Shown in pieces: positions 37,747-44,801 of a DNA stretch of 44,816 nucleotides. The position numbers were made by a program, and so were the translations under genes. Location of the stretch: the sequence record OZ035767.1; one strand, given 5' to 3'. The notes beneath the pieces were generated by a model, which saw nothing but the letters and a program-made list of their open reading frames with translations, ran no database searches and was not told where the DNA came from. The stretch's first letter is position 1. Every line of letters starts with the position of its first letter. Source of the stretch: Veterinaerplatzvirus T145P1.

Positions 37747-37790
37747 TAACTATACATTGAAAGCCCCGAAGGGCTTTAGCAATTAGTGCT
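37747..37790 (-). promoter_or_regulatory. conserved palindrome-promoter element (minus strand)
   Basis: Reverse complement: AGCACTAATTGCTAAA - 22 nt containing a GC hairpin - TATAGTTA, then CGAAACGAAACGAAAC leader. Confidence 0.6.
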
Positions 37791-37937
37791 GTTTCGTGCT
37801 TTCTCTATCGCCTTGAGCATAATCTCGTGACTTTCCAGTAAGTCCTCTCGGAACCAATCTCCACAAGGCCAGCCTTTTCCGCTATAGGCACTTATGACCT
37901 CGAGATCGAAATAATTTATCTCAGATGGTAATAGCAT
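37776..37937 (-). CDS. hypothetical small protein
   Basis: 53-aa ORF, ATGA-coupled; stop codon lies inside the palindromic element. Confidence 0.35.
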   Translation of the reverse strand: MLLPSEINYFDLEVISAYSGKGWPCGDWFREDLLESHEIMLKAIEKARNSTNC

Positions 37938-38179
37938 CACTTCACCTCATCAAAAGTTGCAATCCCAGGAATAAACATCCCAACCTTCCAGCCTGCAATG
38001 GCAATCCATCCAGAATCGTGCTTGTGCGGTCGCTCAGCGCCATTAATCACCCATTCGTTCGGGATTGTCTTGCCGTTAATGATTAGAGGCTCAGCGTCGT
38101 ATACAGAGCCTTTAACGAATGGTGTTAAGGCTTTCTTGTCAGTGCTATTGATAACGTTAGTGCAGATTATTTTAGTCAT
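37937..38179 (-). CDS. hypothetical protein
   Basis: 80 aa. Confidence 0.5.
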   Translation of the reverse strand: MTKIICTNVINSTDKKALTPFVKGSVYDAEPLIINGKTIPNEWVINGAERPHKHDSGWIAIAGWKVGMFIPGIATFDEVK

Positions 38180-38363
38180 TTACAACCTCGTACTCACCTT
38201 TATAAACAGCGACCTCTTCATTCACATTGTTGACAATCACTGCTAAACAAAGAGCACCCAAATATTTTACCACTTCGTACTCGCAGCCAAGCGTCAGACC
38301 ATAGTCCTCACATGAACGTCCACTGCAATCTAAATCTTCGAATTTAACTAACTTAATTTTCAT
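38172..38363 (-). CDS. hypothetical Cys-containing protein
   Basis: 63 aa. Confidence 0.45.
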   Translation of the reverse strand: MKIKLVKFEDLDCSGRSCEDYGLTLGCEYEVVKYLGALCLAVIVNNVNEEVAVYKGEYEVVND

Positions 38364-38373
38364 ATCTCAATCC

Positions 38374-38553
38374 TCAAATAAATGGCAAGCATTCGACGCA
38401 GCCAAGCCCATCACAGCACATGAATTCATCTTCTGACTGGAATTGCTTTGCTAAATCAATGTCTAGCCTTCCGCGCACCACAAGGTCGGTGTAATCTTCA
38501 TTAAGCCCAATCAGTGCGCACTCGTTACGTAACTCATCTTTATTCTTTTTCAT
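38374..38553 (-). CDS. hypothetical small Cys-rich protein
   Basis: 59-aa ORF with C-terminal CCDGLGCVEC cluster. Confidence 0.35.
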   Translation of the reverse strand: MKKNKDELRNECALIGLNEDYTDLVVRGRLDIDLAKQFQSEDEFMCCDGLGCVECLPFI

Positions 38554-38716
38554 TTATCCTGGCCTTTTAAATTATAACGCTCTCTCAGAACTTCAACCCA
38601 TTCTTGCGCGTCATTCTCTCTCATGAAGAAACTTAAATTTGGGTACTTGTGAAACCCTTTAAGTTCAACTATCCAATGACCACCTTCGTAACTATAACTA
38701 ACTTTCTTCTCTGTCA
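38554..38716 (-). CDS. hypothetical small protein
   Basis: 53-aa ORF, first gene of the minus-strand operon, stop/start coupled. Confidence 0.35.
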
Positions 38717-38926
38717 TTTTGTTACCTTTTGAGTTTTTTTATTATCGACATCTCTTCAACGTACTCGCTACAACTCGGGATTTTACTCCCGGCCCGGCAT
38801 CCTAACAAAAGGACCCGATCGGCGCTTTGGTGGGTGAGGTAACGCTTCCTCACATTGCGCGGTAGTATTTACTCCTTTTGGTCTCTTTCGAGAGTGACTC
38901 AGAGTCTGCTACCGTGTCGATGAGAT

Positions 38927-38973
38927 TAAGTATACGCATAGTTAGCCACACTGTCTTTAGCAAAAAGTGCTAT
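38927..38973 (-). promoter_or_regulatory. conserved palindrome-promoter element (minus strand)
   Basis: Reverse complement: ATAGCACTTTTTGCTAAA - about 23 nt - TATACTTA. Confidence 0.5.
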
Positions 38974-38987
38974 TCGTTAGATTTATG

Positions 38988-39075
38988 TATTGTTGCAGAT
39001 ATTGCAATGATTCACTTGATTATTGCACATACAGCAATATTGCTTCCGATGCAATGATGTTTTTGATTGTTGCGA
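38988..39075. repeat. cluster of ATTGCA/TGCAAT half-sites and short palindromes
   Basis: ATTGCAAT (39001-39008), AGCAATATTGCT (39033-39044), plus repeated TTGCA/GCAAT units in the divergent control region. Confidence 0.6.
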
Positions 39076-39260
39076 AAAGTGAAATTAAGTGGTGAGTGAG
39101 TGAATGAAAGATGGATGGACTACCATACAAGTTGATTTTTACCAATCTATGGGAGCCTCACGGATATACGCGTATCCTCCGTATACTCAGTGTCGTCACA
39201 AAAGTTAGTGACCACTAACCTACGTTTTTACGCGATATATACACACGATATACAATATAA

Positions 39261-39326
39261 TATCTATATATATCAACCTTTTACTTTATTATTATTATTA
39301 TTATTATATATATGTATACTGTGTAT
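39261..39326. repeat. AT-rich repeat copy B with longer (TTA)n microsatellite
   Basis: Same unit as 20693-20750 with about two extra TTA triplets. Confidence 0.8.
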
Positions 39327-39533
39327 ACCGGTAATTGGTGAGATTATTGATATGTTCCGCGCAGATATTCTGACACCTGTCAGAAATGGATGGCATTGTA
39401 GGAATAAAAGGCACATATATAGGGAATGGCTTCAAAAATCTGTACACATCGGATACGGCACATTTACAACCAGCAATGGAGGGGCCTCTGGAGGCAAGAA
39501 GCGTATCCATGATAAAATAGACGAAAATATACA

Positions 39534-39566
39534 TTGACCGACACGTAAATAGATGGCAATATAGCA
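39534..39566 (+). promoter_or_regulatory. candidate early promoter with canonical -35
   Basis: TTGACC followed by GATGGCAATATAG -10 region and CACTGAAACGAAG leader; lacks the palindrome. Confidence 0.45.
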
Positions 39567-39602
39567 GTCACTGAAACGAAGTAAAACAAACGAGGTATCA
39601 AC

Positions 39603-40151
39603 ATGCAGAAAGTAACACTAGGTGAAGTTATCCGTGAGATGGTGCGCAACGCGATGGTGTCCGAGAGTGGTGAGTTTAAAGTTCCGGTTAGCCAGATATT
39701 CAAACTGGTTCGAGGCAAGGAATACCCTGAAATGGTGTATGACGAAGATACTAGTGAGATCCTCAACCTGGCAGATAGGGCGATGCCGGAACTAAAGAAC
39801 TCATACATCTATAACACAGTGTCGAGAATGACAGAGCTTCGCGATGCTAATAAGCGAGCGAGATATAAGTTCATCTGGATTGATGATGACGGAGAGCAAA
39901 CAAGGCCCGGTAGCTTCGACGGTGATGGCGCTGATAAATACCTGGTCATATACATTGAGAACGGCGCGCACTGGACTGGGAGTCGCGAAAAGAAAAAGCA
40001 GGAAGCGGAGAAAGAGGCGGCTATCATTGAAAAGTTCAAGTCTAGACTGCTCAAGCTGTCACCAAGTGTTGCTGGCTTGGAAGGTGAAGAACTTAAGGGC
40101 GCTGTTACAATGATTAATGCTTATCAGGAAATGATTAAGGAGACTAAGTAG
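39603..40151 (+). CDS. hypothetical early protein
   Basis: 182 aa, RBS GAGGT; first gene downstream of early promoter region. Confidence 0.55.
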   Translation: MQKVTLGEVIREMVRNAMVSESGEFKVPVSQIFKLVRGKEYPEMVYDEDTSEILNLADRAMPELKNSYIYNTVSRMTELRDANKRARYKFIWIDDDGEQTRPGSFDGDGADKYLVIYIENGAHWTGSREKKKQEAEKEAAIIEKFKSRLLKLSPSVAGLEGEELKGAVTMINAYQEMIKETK

Positions 40152-40241
40152 TAGACTACCATACCACTTGCGGTACAGCGAGGAAGAGGTTGAGGTGGCC
40201 ATTGAGTTCTATCGGAAAGCTAAATCACTACTGAATGGTAA

Positions 40242-40287
40242 ATAGCACTTTTTGCCTAACGCGGTAATGCCATGGATGGCATAATAG
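40242..40287 (+). promoter_or_regulatory. conserved palindrome-promoter element (variant)
   Basis: ATAGCACTTTTTGCCTAA - 22 nt - CATAATAGCCTCATCGAAACGAGA. Confidence 0.55.
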
Positions 40288-40323
40288 CCTCATCGAAACG
40301 AGATACGTAAATGAGGATTTAAA

Positions 40324-40542
40324 ATGAGCAAGACAATCACGCTGCAATGCCTTAAGACAAATAACCCAGAGTTCTTAAAAGGTCACAAATATGTGGCAAC
40401 CCTGGTGGATGGGAAAACATGGGCGGTTAAGGGTGGATTCCAGGATTACAAATTCCCACTTGAGCACATACCTGGCGGAAACCTTGGTTTTGTTAGTGAC
40501 TGCCGCTCAGTTAAGTTTGTTTTTGAGGTTGTAATGAAATAG
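40324..40542 (+). CDS. hypothetical protein
   Basis: 72 aa, own promoter-like element. Confidence 0.5.
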   Translation: MSKTITLQCLKTNNPEFLKGHKYVATLVDGKTWAVKGGFQDYKFPLEHIPGGNLGFVSDCRSVKFVFEVVMK

Positions 40543-40582
40543 CAATAATTGCTAAATCTTCCGCAAGGCCATTTGATATAGT
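40539..40582 (+). promoter_or_regulatory. conserved palindrome-promoter element (perfect palindrome AGCAAT-A-ATTGCT)
   Basis: ATAGCAATAATTGCTAAA - 22 nt - TATAGT. Confidence 0.55.
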
Positions 40583-40623
40583 GGCCTTGTTGAAGCAAAA
40601 CAACCAATCACGAGGTATAAATT

Positions 40624-40851
40624 ATGGCTATCAATAGTGTTCGAATCTCTGACGACTACAACGAGCAGGCTGAGGTTCTTGTTTACAAAGTCTTCAATAT
40701 CGATCGGGATACAATGAAGGTTAAGCTCGACCTCAATCCTGATAACGAATCATATCCGTCAACATACATGCTGTACACGCCAGACCAGGCTCGCCAGTTA
40801 GCAGCGTATCTGATGGAAGCGGCCCACCGAGCTGATAAGGGGGTTTTATGA
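40624..40851 (+). CDS. hypothetical protein (paralogue of 41102-41305)
   Basis: 75 aa; shares I-x-D...QAEV...NPD...Y-PD-AR-LAA-L pattern with 41102-41305. Confidence 0.5.
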   Translation: MAINSVRISDDYNEQAEVLVYKVFNIDRDTMKVKLDLNPDNESYPSTYMLYTPDQARQLAAYLMEAAHRADKGVL

Positions 40852-41063
40852 TTACCGATCGCAAGCTCTTTAAAGACATGGAAGGCGATGACTGCTGGAT
40901 TGACACGATGACAAATTTCGGAGATGTCACTGTCGAGATTGTAATTGACGATGAATCTGGAACCTTTCCCGTGCAAGATGCGGATACCGTACGCGCAATG
41001 GGTGAGCACTTAATCAAGATGGCTGACTACATGGAGAGCCAGGGGAAATTAGCTGTAAATTAA
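40848..41063 (+). CDS. hypothetical protein
   Basis: 71 aa, acidic, ATGA overlap. Confidence 0.5.
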   Translation: MITDRKLFKDMEGDDCWIDTMTNFGDVTVEIVIDDESGTFPVQDADTVRAMGEHLIKMADYMESQGKLAVN

Positions 41064-41101
41064 TCAAGATTCGCATTATCAATAACAACGAGGAAATGAA
41101 G

Positions 41102-41305
41102 ATGGAAAATATTCGTATTGAAGATGTTCACTTTGACCAAGCTGAGGTCGGAATCACAAAAAGCGCTCGCGGAGACGTTGTATATCTGGACTTTAATCCG
41201 GATGACTACGGGGACGGCCAGATGCTGATGCACTACAGTCCTGATAAGGCGCGCAAATTGGCGGCAGCATTAATCCTGGCGGCGGAGGAGGTGGAGAAGC
41301 AATGA
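41102..41305 (+). CDS. hypothetical protein (paralogue of 40624-40851)
   Basis: Start moved to second ATG (41102) for RBS spacing. Confidence 0.5.
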   Translation: MENIRIEDVHFDQAEVGITKSARGDVVYLDFNPDDYGDGQMLMHYSPDKARKLAAALILAAEEVEKQ

Positions 41306-41562
41306 AACGTTTAATGAAATGCATGACTATTATTGCGGCAATGATTGCTCTTACTGGTTGCGAGAAGGCACCTGAGGTTCAGATTCAGTCAGGTGAATTC
41401 AATGTGGAGCGCCTATTCACAGTGGATGGATGTACCGCCTACCGATTCCGAGATAGCGATAGAGCCATCTACTACACAAATTGCAATGGCAGTACGCAGA
41501 GTGAGTACAGGCACGGCAGGGCCATGAGACAAGAAACAGTTCAGACAGATCGCACTAATTGA
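41302..41562 (+). CDS. putative lipoprotein
   Basis: Signal peptide with lipobox LTGC; ATGA overlap. Confidence 0.5.
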   Translation: MKRLMKCMTIIAAMIALTGCEKAPEVQIQSGEFNVERLFTVDGCTAYRFRDSDRAIYYTNCNGSTQSEYRHGRAMRQETVQTDRTN

Positions 41563-41745
41563 TAAAAGGGGATCCATCCTGACTGGTATAATCCCCAGCA
41601 TCAACCACATGAATGGAAGTTAAGTGACGATATACGAACATAAATTCAGTAGCAGGGGTATTGATATGCTCCTGCGCTATGTAGACGAAAAATACGCAAA
41701 TCTCATGCTTAAGACGCATGGCGGCACAATAACGAGGATTGAGAT

Positions 41746-42075
41746 ATGAGTAAATACGATCGCAAGATTATTGGCATTGATGGCACAGTAACAACAGTAG
41801 ATGTTTATCGTGTTCTTGATGCGTTTGGCGTATCTGACCCAGCCACTCAGCATGCGGTAAAGAAGATGCTTTGCACTGGCCTGCGTGGACACAAGGATTA
41901 CTTAACTGACCTTAATGACTCCATTGAGTCACTACAGAAGGCTAAAGAGATTTACTGGCAGAAGATGATTCATGAATCCGATAAAATCACTGATTCAATT
42001 TTAAATCCACCAAAAGAAGCGAGATTTAGTACTGCTAATGGTTCAGAATTCACTTTCGGAAAGGTTAGAGTCTAA
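41746..42075 (+). CDS. hypothetical protein
   Basis: 109 aa. Confidence 0.5.
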   Translation: MSKYDRKIIGIDGTVTTVDVYRVLDAFGVSDPATQHAVKKMLCTGLRGHKDYLTDLNDSIESLQKAKEIYWQKMIHESDKITDSILNPPKEARFSTANGSEFTFGKVRV

Positions 42076-42122
42076 ATAGCACGAATTGCTAAACCCGCTC
42101 CTGCGGGTTTTGTTATAGTTAG
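42076..42122 (+). promoter_or_regulatory. conserved palindrome-promoter element
   Basis: ATAGCACGAATTGCTAAA - 22 nt containing hairpin CCCGC..GCGGG - TATAGTTA. Confidence 0.6.
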
Positions 42123-42147
42123 TTCACACCAATCGAGAGGTAAGAAA

Positions 42148-42240
42148 ATGAAGCAATACACATCAAGCAATCACCATAACGGTCACATCATGCAGTTCTA
42201 TCGCCACAATCTGAAGACTAAGGGAGTGTTTGGAAAATGA
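42148..42240 (+). CDS. hypothetical micro-protein (His-rich)
   Basis: 30-aa ORF after promoter element and RBS; ATGA-coupled downstream. Confidence 0.3.
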   Translation: MKQYTSSNHHNGHIMQFYRHNLKTKGVFGK

Positions 42241-42455
42241 TTACAATTAACCTGTCAGAAAAGCAAGCAGCAGAACTCAAGTGCATGCTGTCAATCTTTG
42301 AGAAGACAAATGACCGAGCAATTGCAAAAGAGGTCACGACTCAAATCAACAACCAGCAGTTCGACGTCAGTGACTTCGAGTCGTCACGGCAGTACGAAGC
42401 ATTAAGCGTCAACGCTGCATACCTGGCTAACTGGGATAAGGCAACGAAGAAATGA
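42237..42455 (+). CDS. hypothetical protein
   Basis: 72 aa. Confidence 0.5.
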   Translation: MITINLSEKQAAELKCMLSIFEKTNDRAIAKEVTTQINNQQFDVSDFESSRQYEALSVNAAYLANWDKATKK

Positions 42456-42589
42456 TTTACATCCACACGTACTACACTGGTAAGTTTAATAGCGTCAAAC
42501 ATGTCCGTGTTCACGATAACTACGAGAGCGCAAAAGCTCAATGGTTGGTTCTTGGTGGTGACATTAATTCATACAGAGTTGCTGAGTAG
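42452..42589 (+). CDS. hypothetical small protein
   Basis: 45-aa ORF, ATGA overlap; stop TAG embedded in palindromic element. Confidence 0.35.
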   Translation: MIYIHTYYTGKFNSVKHVRVHDNYESAKAQWLVLGGDINSYRVAE

Positions 42590-42632
42590 CACTAATTGCT
42601 AAAACAGTATTGGGGTAATTTGTTATAGTTAC
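42586..42632 (+). promoter_or_regulatory. conserved palindrome-promoter element
   Basis: GTAGCACTAATTGCTAAA - 22 nt - TATAGTTACCCCATCGAAACGAGAGAGG. Confidence 0.6.
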
Positions 42633-42659
42633 CCCATCGAAACGAGAGAGGAATAAGAA

Positions 42660-42839
42660 ATGACATTTCAACAAAGTGAGCCAAAGCTCCAGGCTAATCA
42701 CTTCGATGGTTATTCGACCTTTACCATTGCCCAGGCCTGCGGGATGCGTGACGAACCACAGGTTCACACAATTCACTTAACCGAAGAGCAGGCTCGAGAG
42801 ATTGCTTACGAAATTCTTGAGCAATTGAACCGAATTTAA
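42660..42839 (+). CDS. hypothetical small protein
   Basis: 59-aa ORF after promoter element and RBS. Confidence 0.4.
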   Translation: MTFQQSEPKLQANHFDGYSTFTIAQACGMRDEPQVHTIHLTEEQAREIAYEILEQLNRI

Positions 42840-42888
42840 CGCGACTAAAGCGCATTCTAACGAACGATAATTTAAGTAAGGTGATTCT

Positions 42889-43050
42889 ATGATTAAGATT
42901 GTTTATGTTGGCGAGAGTGATTATGTGGCGCTCATTCAGCGTGGTGATGTGTTCTTCGCTGAGCTAAGTGAGGATGGAAAATATTACATTGTAAAGAATA
43001 AGAATGGCGAGGATATTTACCTATCAAAAGATGAGGTCATAGTTCACTGA
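42889..43050 (+). CDS. hypothetical small protein
   Basis: 53-aa ORF with RBS. Confidence 0.35.
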   Translation: MIKIVYVGESDYVALIQRGDVFFAELSEDGKYYIVKNKNGEDIYLSKDEVIVH

Positions 43051-43181
43051 TGGATAACTACGAATCACCAAGCCAGTGGGCCAAACGAATGCAGGACGAA
43101 GCCAAGACTGGTGAAGAGGCGATGGCTTACTACGAGCTAGCGCAAATTTGGATGAAGCGGGAGGGCAAGAGCAATGATTAA
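43050..43181 (+). CDS. hypothetical small protein
   Basis: 43-aa ORF, overlapping start/stop. Confidence 0.3.
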   Translation: MDNYESPSQWAKRMQDEAKTGEEAMAYYELAQIWMKREGKSND

Positions 43182-43326
43182 CACTTGCATTTATTTTTAT
43201 GGCCATGAATTTATTGATGACTTAATGTACTTTCACGAAAAGTATGGCGACACATTCGAATGCGATGGTGACAATCTTGAGGTTCTAGCGACATTCAATA
43301 GGGGTGGCAAAAATGAGTTTCACTGA
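43174..43326 (+). CDS. hypothetical small protein
   Basis: 50-aa ORF, overlapping. Confidence 0.3.
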   Translation: MINTCIYFYGHEFIDDLMYFHEKYGDTFECDGDNLEVLATFNRGGKNEFH

Positions 43327-43456
43327 ATATGTTATCGCATGTGAACGACTGGTCTTTGATATGAAGACTTTTCACTGGTTCATAATTAAGGATTTAGTTA
43401 AGCCTTATAAGAAAGGTGTTATGCCAGAGCAGTTTGTTAAGTCGTTCTACAAATAG
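43313..43456 (+). CDS. hypothetical small protein
   Basis: 47-aa ORF; stop TAG embedded in palindromic element. Confidence 0.3.
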   Translation: MSFTEYVIACERLVFDMKTFHWFIIKDLVKPYKKGVMPEQFVKSFYK

Positions 43457-43498
43457 CACGAATTGATAAACCAGATCGCCACGGATGGCATATAATCA
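43453..43498 (+). promoter_or_regulatory. conserved palindrome-promoter element (variant)
   Basis: ATAGCACGAATTGATAAA - 22 nt - TATAATCACC. Confidence 0.55.
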
Positions 43499-43529
43499 CC
43501 ATATCAATACAACGAGAGAGATAAAGCAA

Positions 43530-43727
43530 ATGAACAACAAATCAAATGAAGTGACAAAGGTTAAATCACATATCGCAGAAAATAATTATGATGAGTCTTT
43601 GGATTTAGGTTTCAATTCAAGAAAAGTAGTTGTTAACGGAATCATGGGTTTTCATTCTCGCTGCGTTATGGCTAAACCAGTTATTGGCTTTGAGTCTCGA
43701 TGCGTCTTTGTTGGTGGAGTCTTATAA
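43530..43727 (+). CDS. hypothetical protein
   Basis: Start moved to ATG 43530 after RBS. Confidence 0.45.
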   Translation: MNNKSNEVTKVKSHIAENNYDESLDLGFNSRKVVVNGIMGFHSRCVMAKPVIGFESRCVFVGGVL

Positions 43728-43966
43728 TGTTCGGATTATCAGAAGCACACTTCAACGCAGTTAAACGTCAGGCCGCAAAGTTGAACGAAGAGTACAGCAA
43801 GCTATCGCCAAAGCAGCGTAAGGACGATAGGCATGTTGCGACGTTGATTTCTAAGATGTGGGAGCCAGTTTTTACAATCATTAGTCGAGATCGCTTTGTT
43901 TGGACCAGTGGTTATCTTAAGGGTCGCGTCGGTCATGATGAGAATGGGAACAGCCTTTATGAGTGA
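43727..43966 (+). CDS. hypothetical protein
   Basis: Start moved to ATG 43727 (overlaps upstream stop). Confidence 0.45.
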   Translation: MFGLSEAHFNAVKRQAAKLNEEYSKLSPKQRKDDRHVATLISKMWEPVFTIISRDRFVWTSGYLKGRVGHDENGNSLYE

Positions 43967-44023
43967 GTTAACAATCTGGTTTATCGCGGGACTGATTACT
44001 TGGGCTTACTTTATGGTGGCAGC

Positions 44024-44248
44024 ATGAGAACATTGAGGCAGATTTTATTCGGTTGCAAGAAGCATCACTACGTTTACTATCGTGATATTAAATGGTTCGA
44101 GGAGGCTCATTGCAAGGGTGGTTACAAGACGAAGTTGATATGTAAGAAATGCAGGCACGTGACCAACAGCAAGGTTGATATGATGATTTGCCGTAGCACT
44201 CTTGATTATATGCGTTACGAGCTCATAAAACCGCCAGTTAAGCCTTAA
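44024..44248 (+). CDS. hypothetical Cys/His-rich protein (possible zinc-binding)
   Basis: Track start 44000 is TTG; first ATG at 44024; C-x2-H...C-x2-C pattern. Confidence 0.4.
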   Translation: MRTLRQILFGCKKHHYVYYRDIKWFEEAHCKGGYKTKLICKKCRHVTNSKVDMMICRSTLDYMRYELIKPPVKP

Positions 44249-44457
44249 TTGTTAAAAATAGCTTGCATCACTGACCGGAATTATCTAATATTAACCACGT
44301 AGACAAACGAGCCATCCAAGATGGAACGGCGCACGGAGCGCAACTACTAAGTCCGTTGCTCATTAAGTAGCGTATGCGGCATTAAGACCTAGCGCAAATA
44401 GGCAGATTAATCAGCTGTATCAGGCAGCCCCGGAGCCGTAACCGGGACTCATTCAAG

Positions 44458-44534
44458 GCTCGAGTGGCGAAAGTGGATATCGCAAGAGACTTCTAATCTC
44501 TAGATTGCTGGTTCGAATCCAGCCTCGAGCGCCA
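44458..44534 (+). tRNA. tRNA-Arg (anticodon UCU), CCA encoded
   Basis: Hand-folded cloverleaf with all four stems fully Watson-Crick paired (7/4/5/5 bp); U8, A14, G18G19, U33; anticodon loop CUUCUAA; T-loop TTCGAAT; discriminator G then CCA. Confidence 0.9.
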
Positions 44535-44549
44535 ATCAAGGAGTTCATT

Positions 44550-44732
44550 ATGTGGGATGTGAAGTTGTCCATTCGCTTAATGGGCCGCTCGTGCAATAGC
44601 TGCACCCAAGATTATGTCGCGTCAGTTGCCGCAATCAGCGCTGAGGATGCGGTAGCGAAAGTAAAGGAGATGTCAGGCGCTGACCCTGACACTCACAAAT
44701 TCCTGGTAGCTTACGTTCGTGAGCGAAAGTAA
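44550..44732 (+). CDS. hypothetical protein
   Basis: Track ORF starts inside the tRNA; trimmed to ATG 44550 preceded by RBS AAGGAG. Confidence 0.4.
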   Translation: MWDVKLSIRLMGRSCNSCTQDYVASVAAISAEDAVAKVKEMSGADPDTHKFLVAYVRERK

Positions 44733-44775
44733 AAAAGTGTTATACCCTCGTTAAGTTTCGTTTCTCTCGTTGTTT

Positions 44776-44801
44776 TTAGCCCTCGCTTGAGGGCTTTTTT
44801 T
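44776..44801 (+). terminator. rho-independent terminator
   Basis: AGCCCTC-GCTT-GAGGGCT then T7. Confidence 0.75.

Noticed and set aside
39190-39537. 115-aa track ORF spanning the AT-rich repeat (contains LLLLLL)
   Set aside because: The N-terminal half is the (TTA)n microsatellite and AT-rich repeat read as poly-Leu/Ile/Tyr, with no RBS. Only the C-terminal about 60 codons (from ATG 39352) might be a real small gene, and that is unsupported.
44290-44457. Second tRNA upstream of tRNA-Arg
   Set aside because: Could not fold a cloverleaf with a T-loop consensus and paired acceptor stem by inspection; left as unexplained non-coding sequence rather than called.
44505-44549. N-terminal extension of track ORF 44505-44732
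   Set aside because: The extension overlaps the 3-prime half of the tRNA-Arg gene; the internal ATG at 44550 has a proper RBS (AAGGAG), so the ORF was trimmed.
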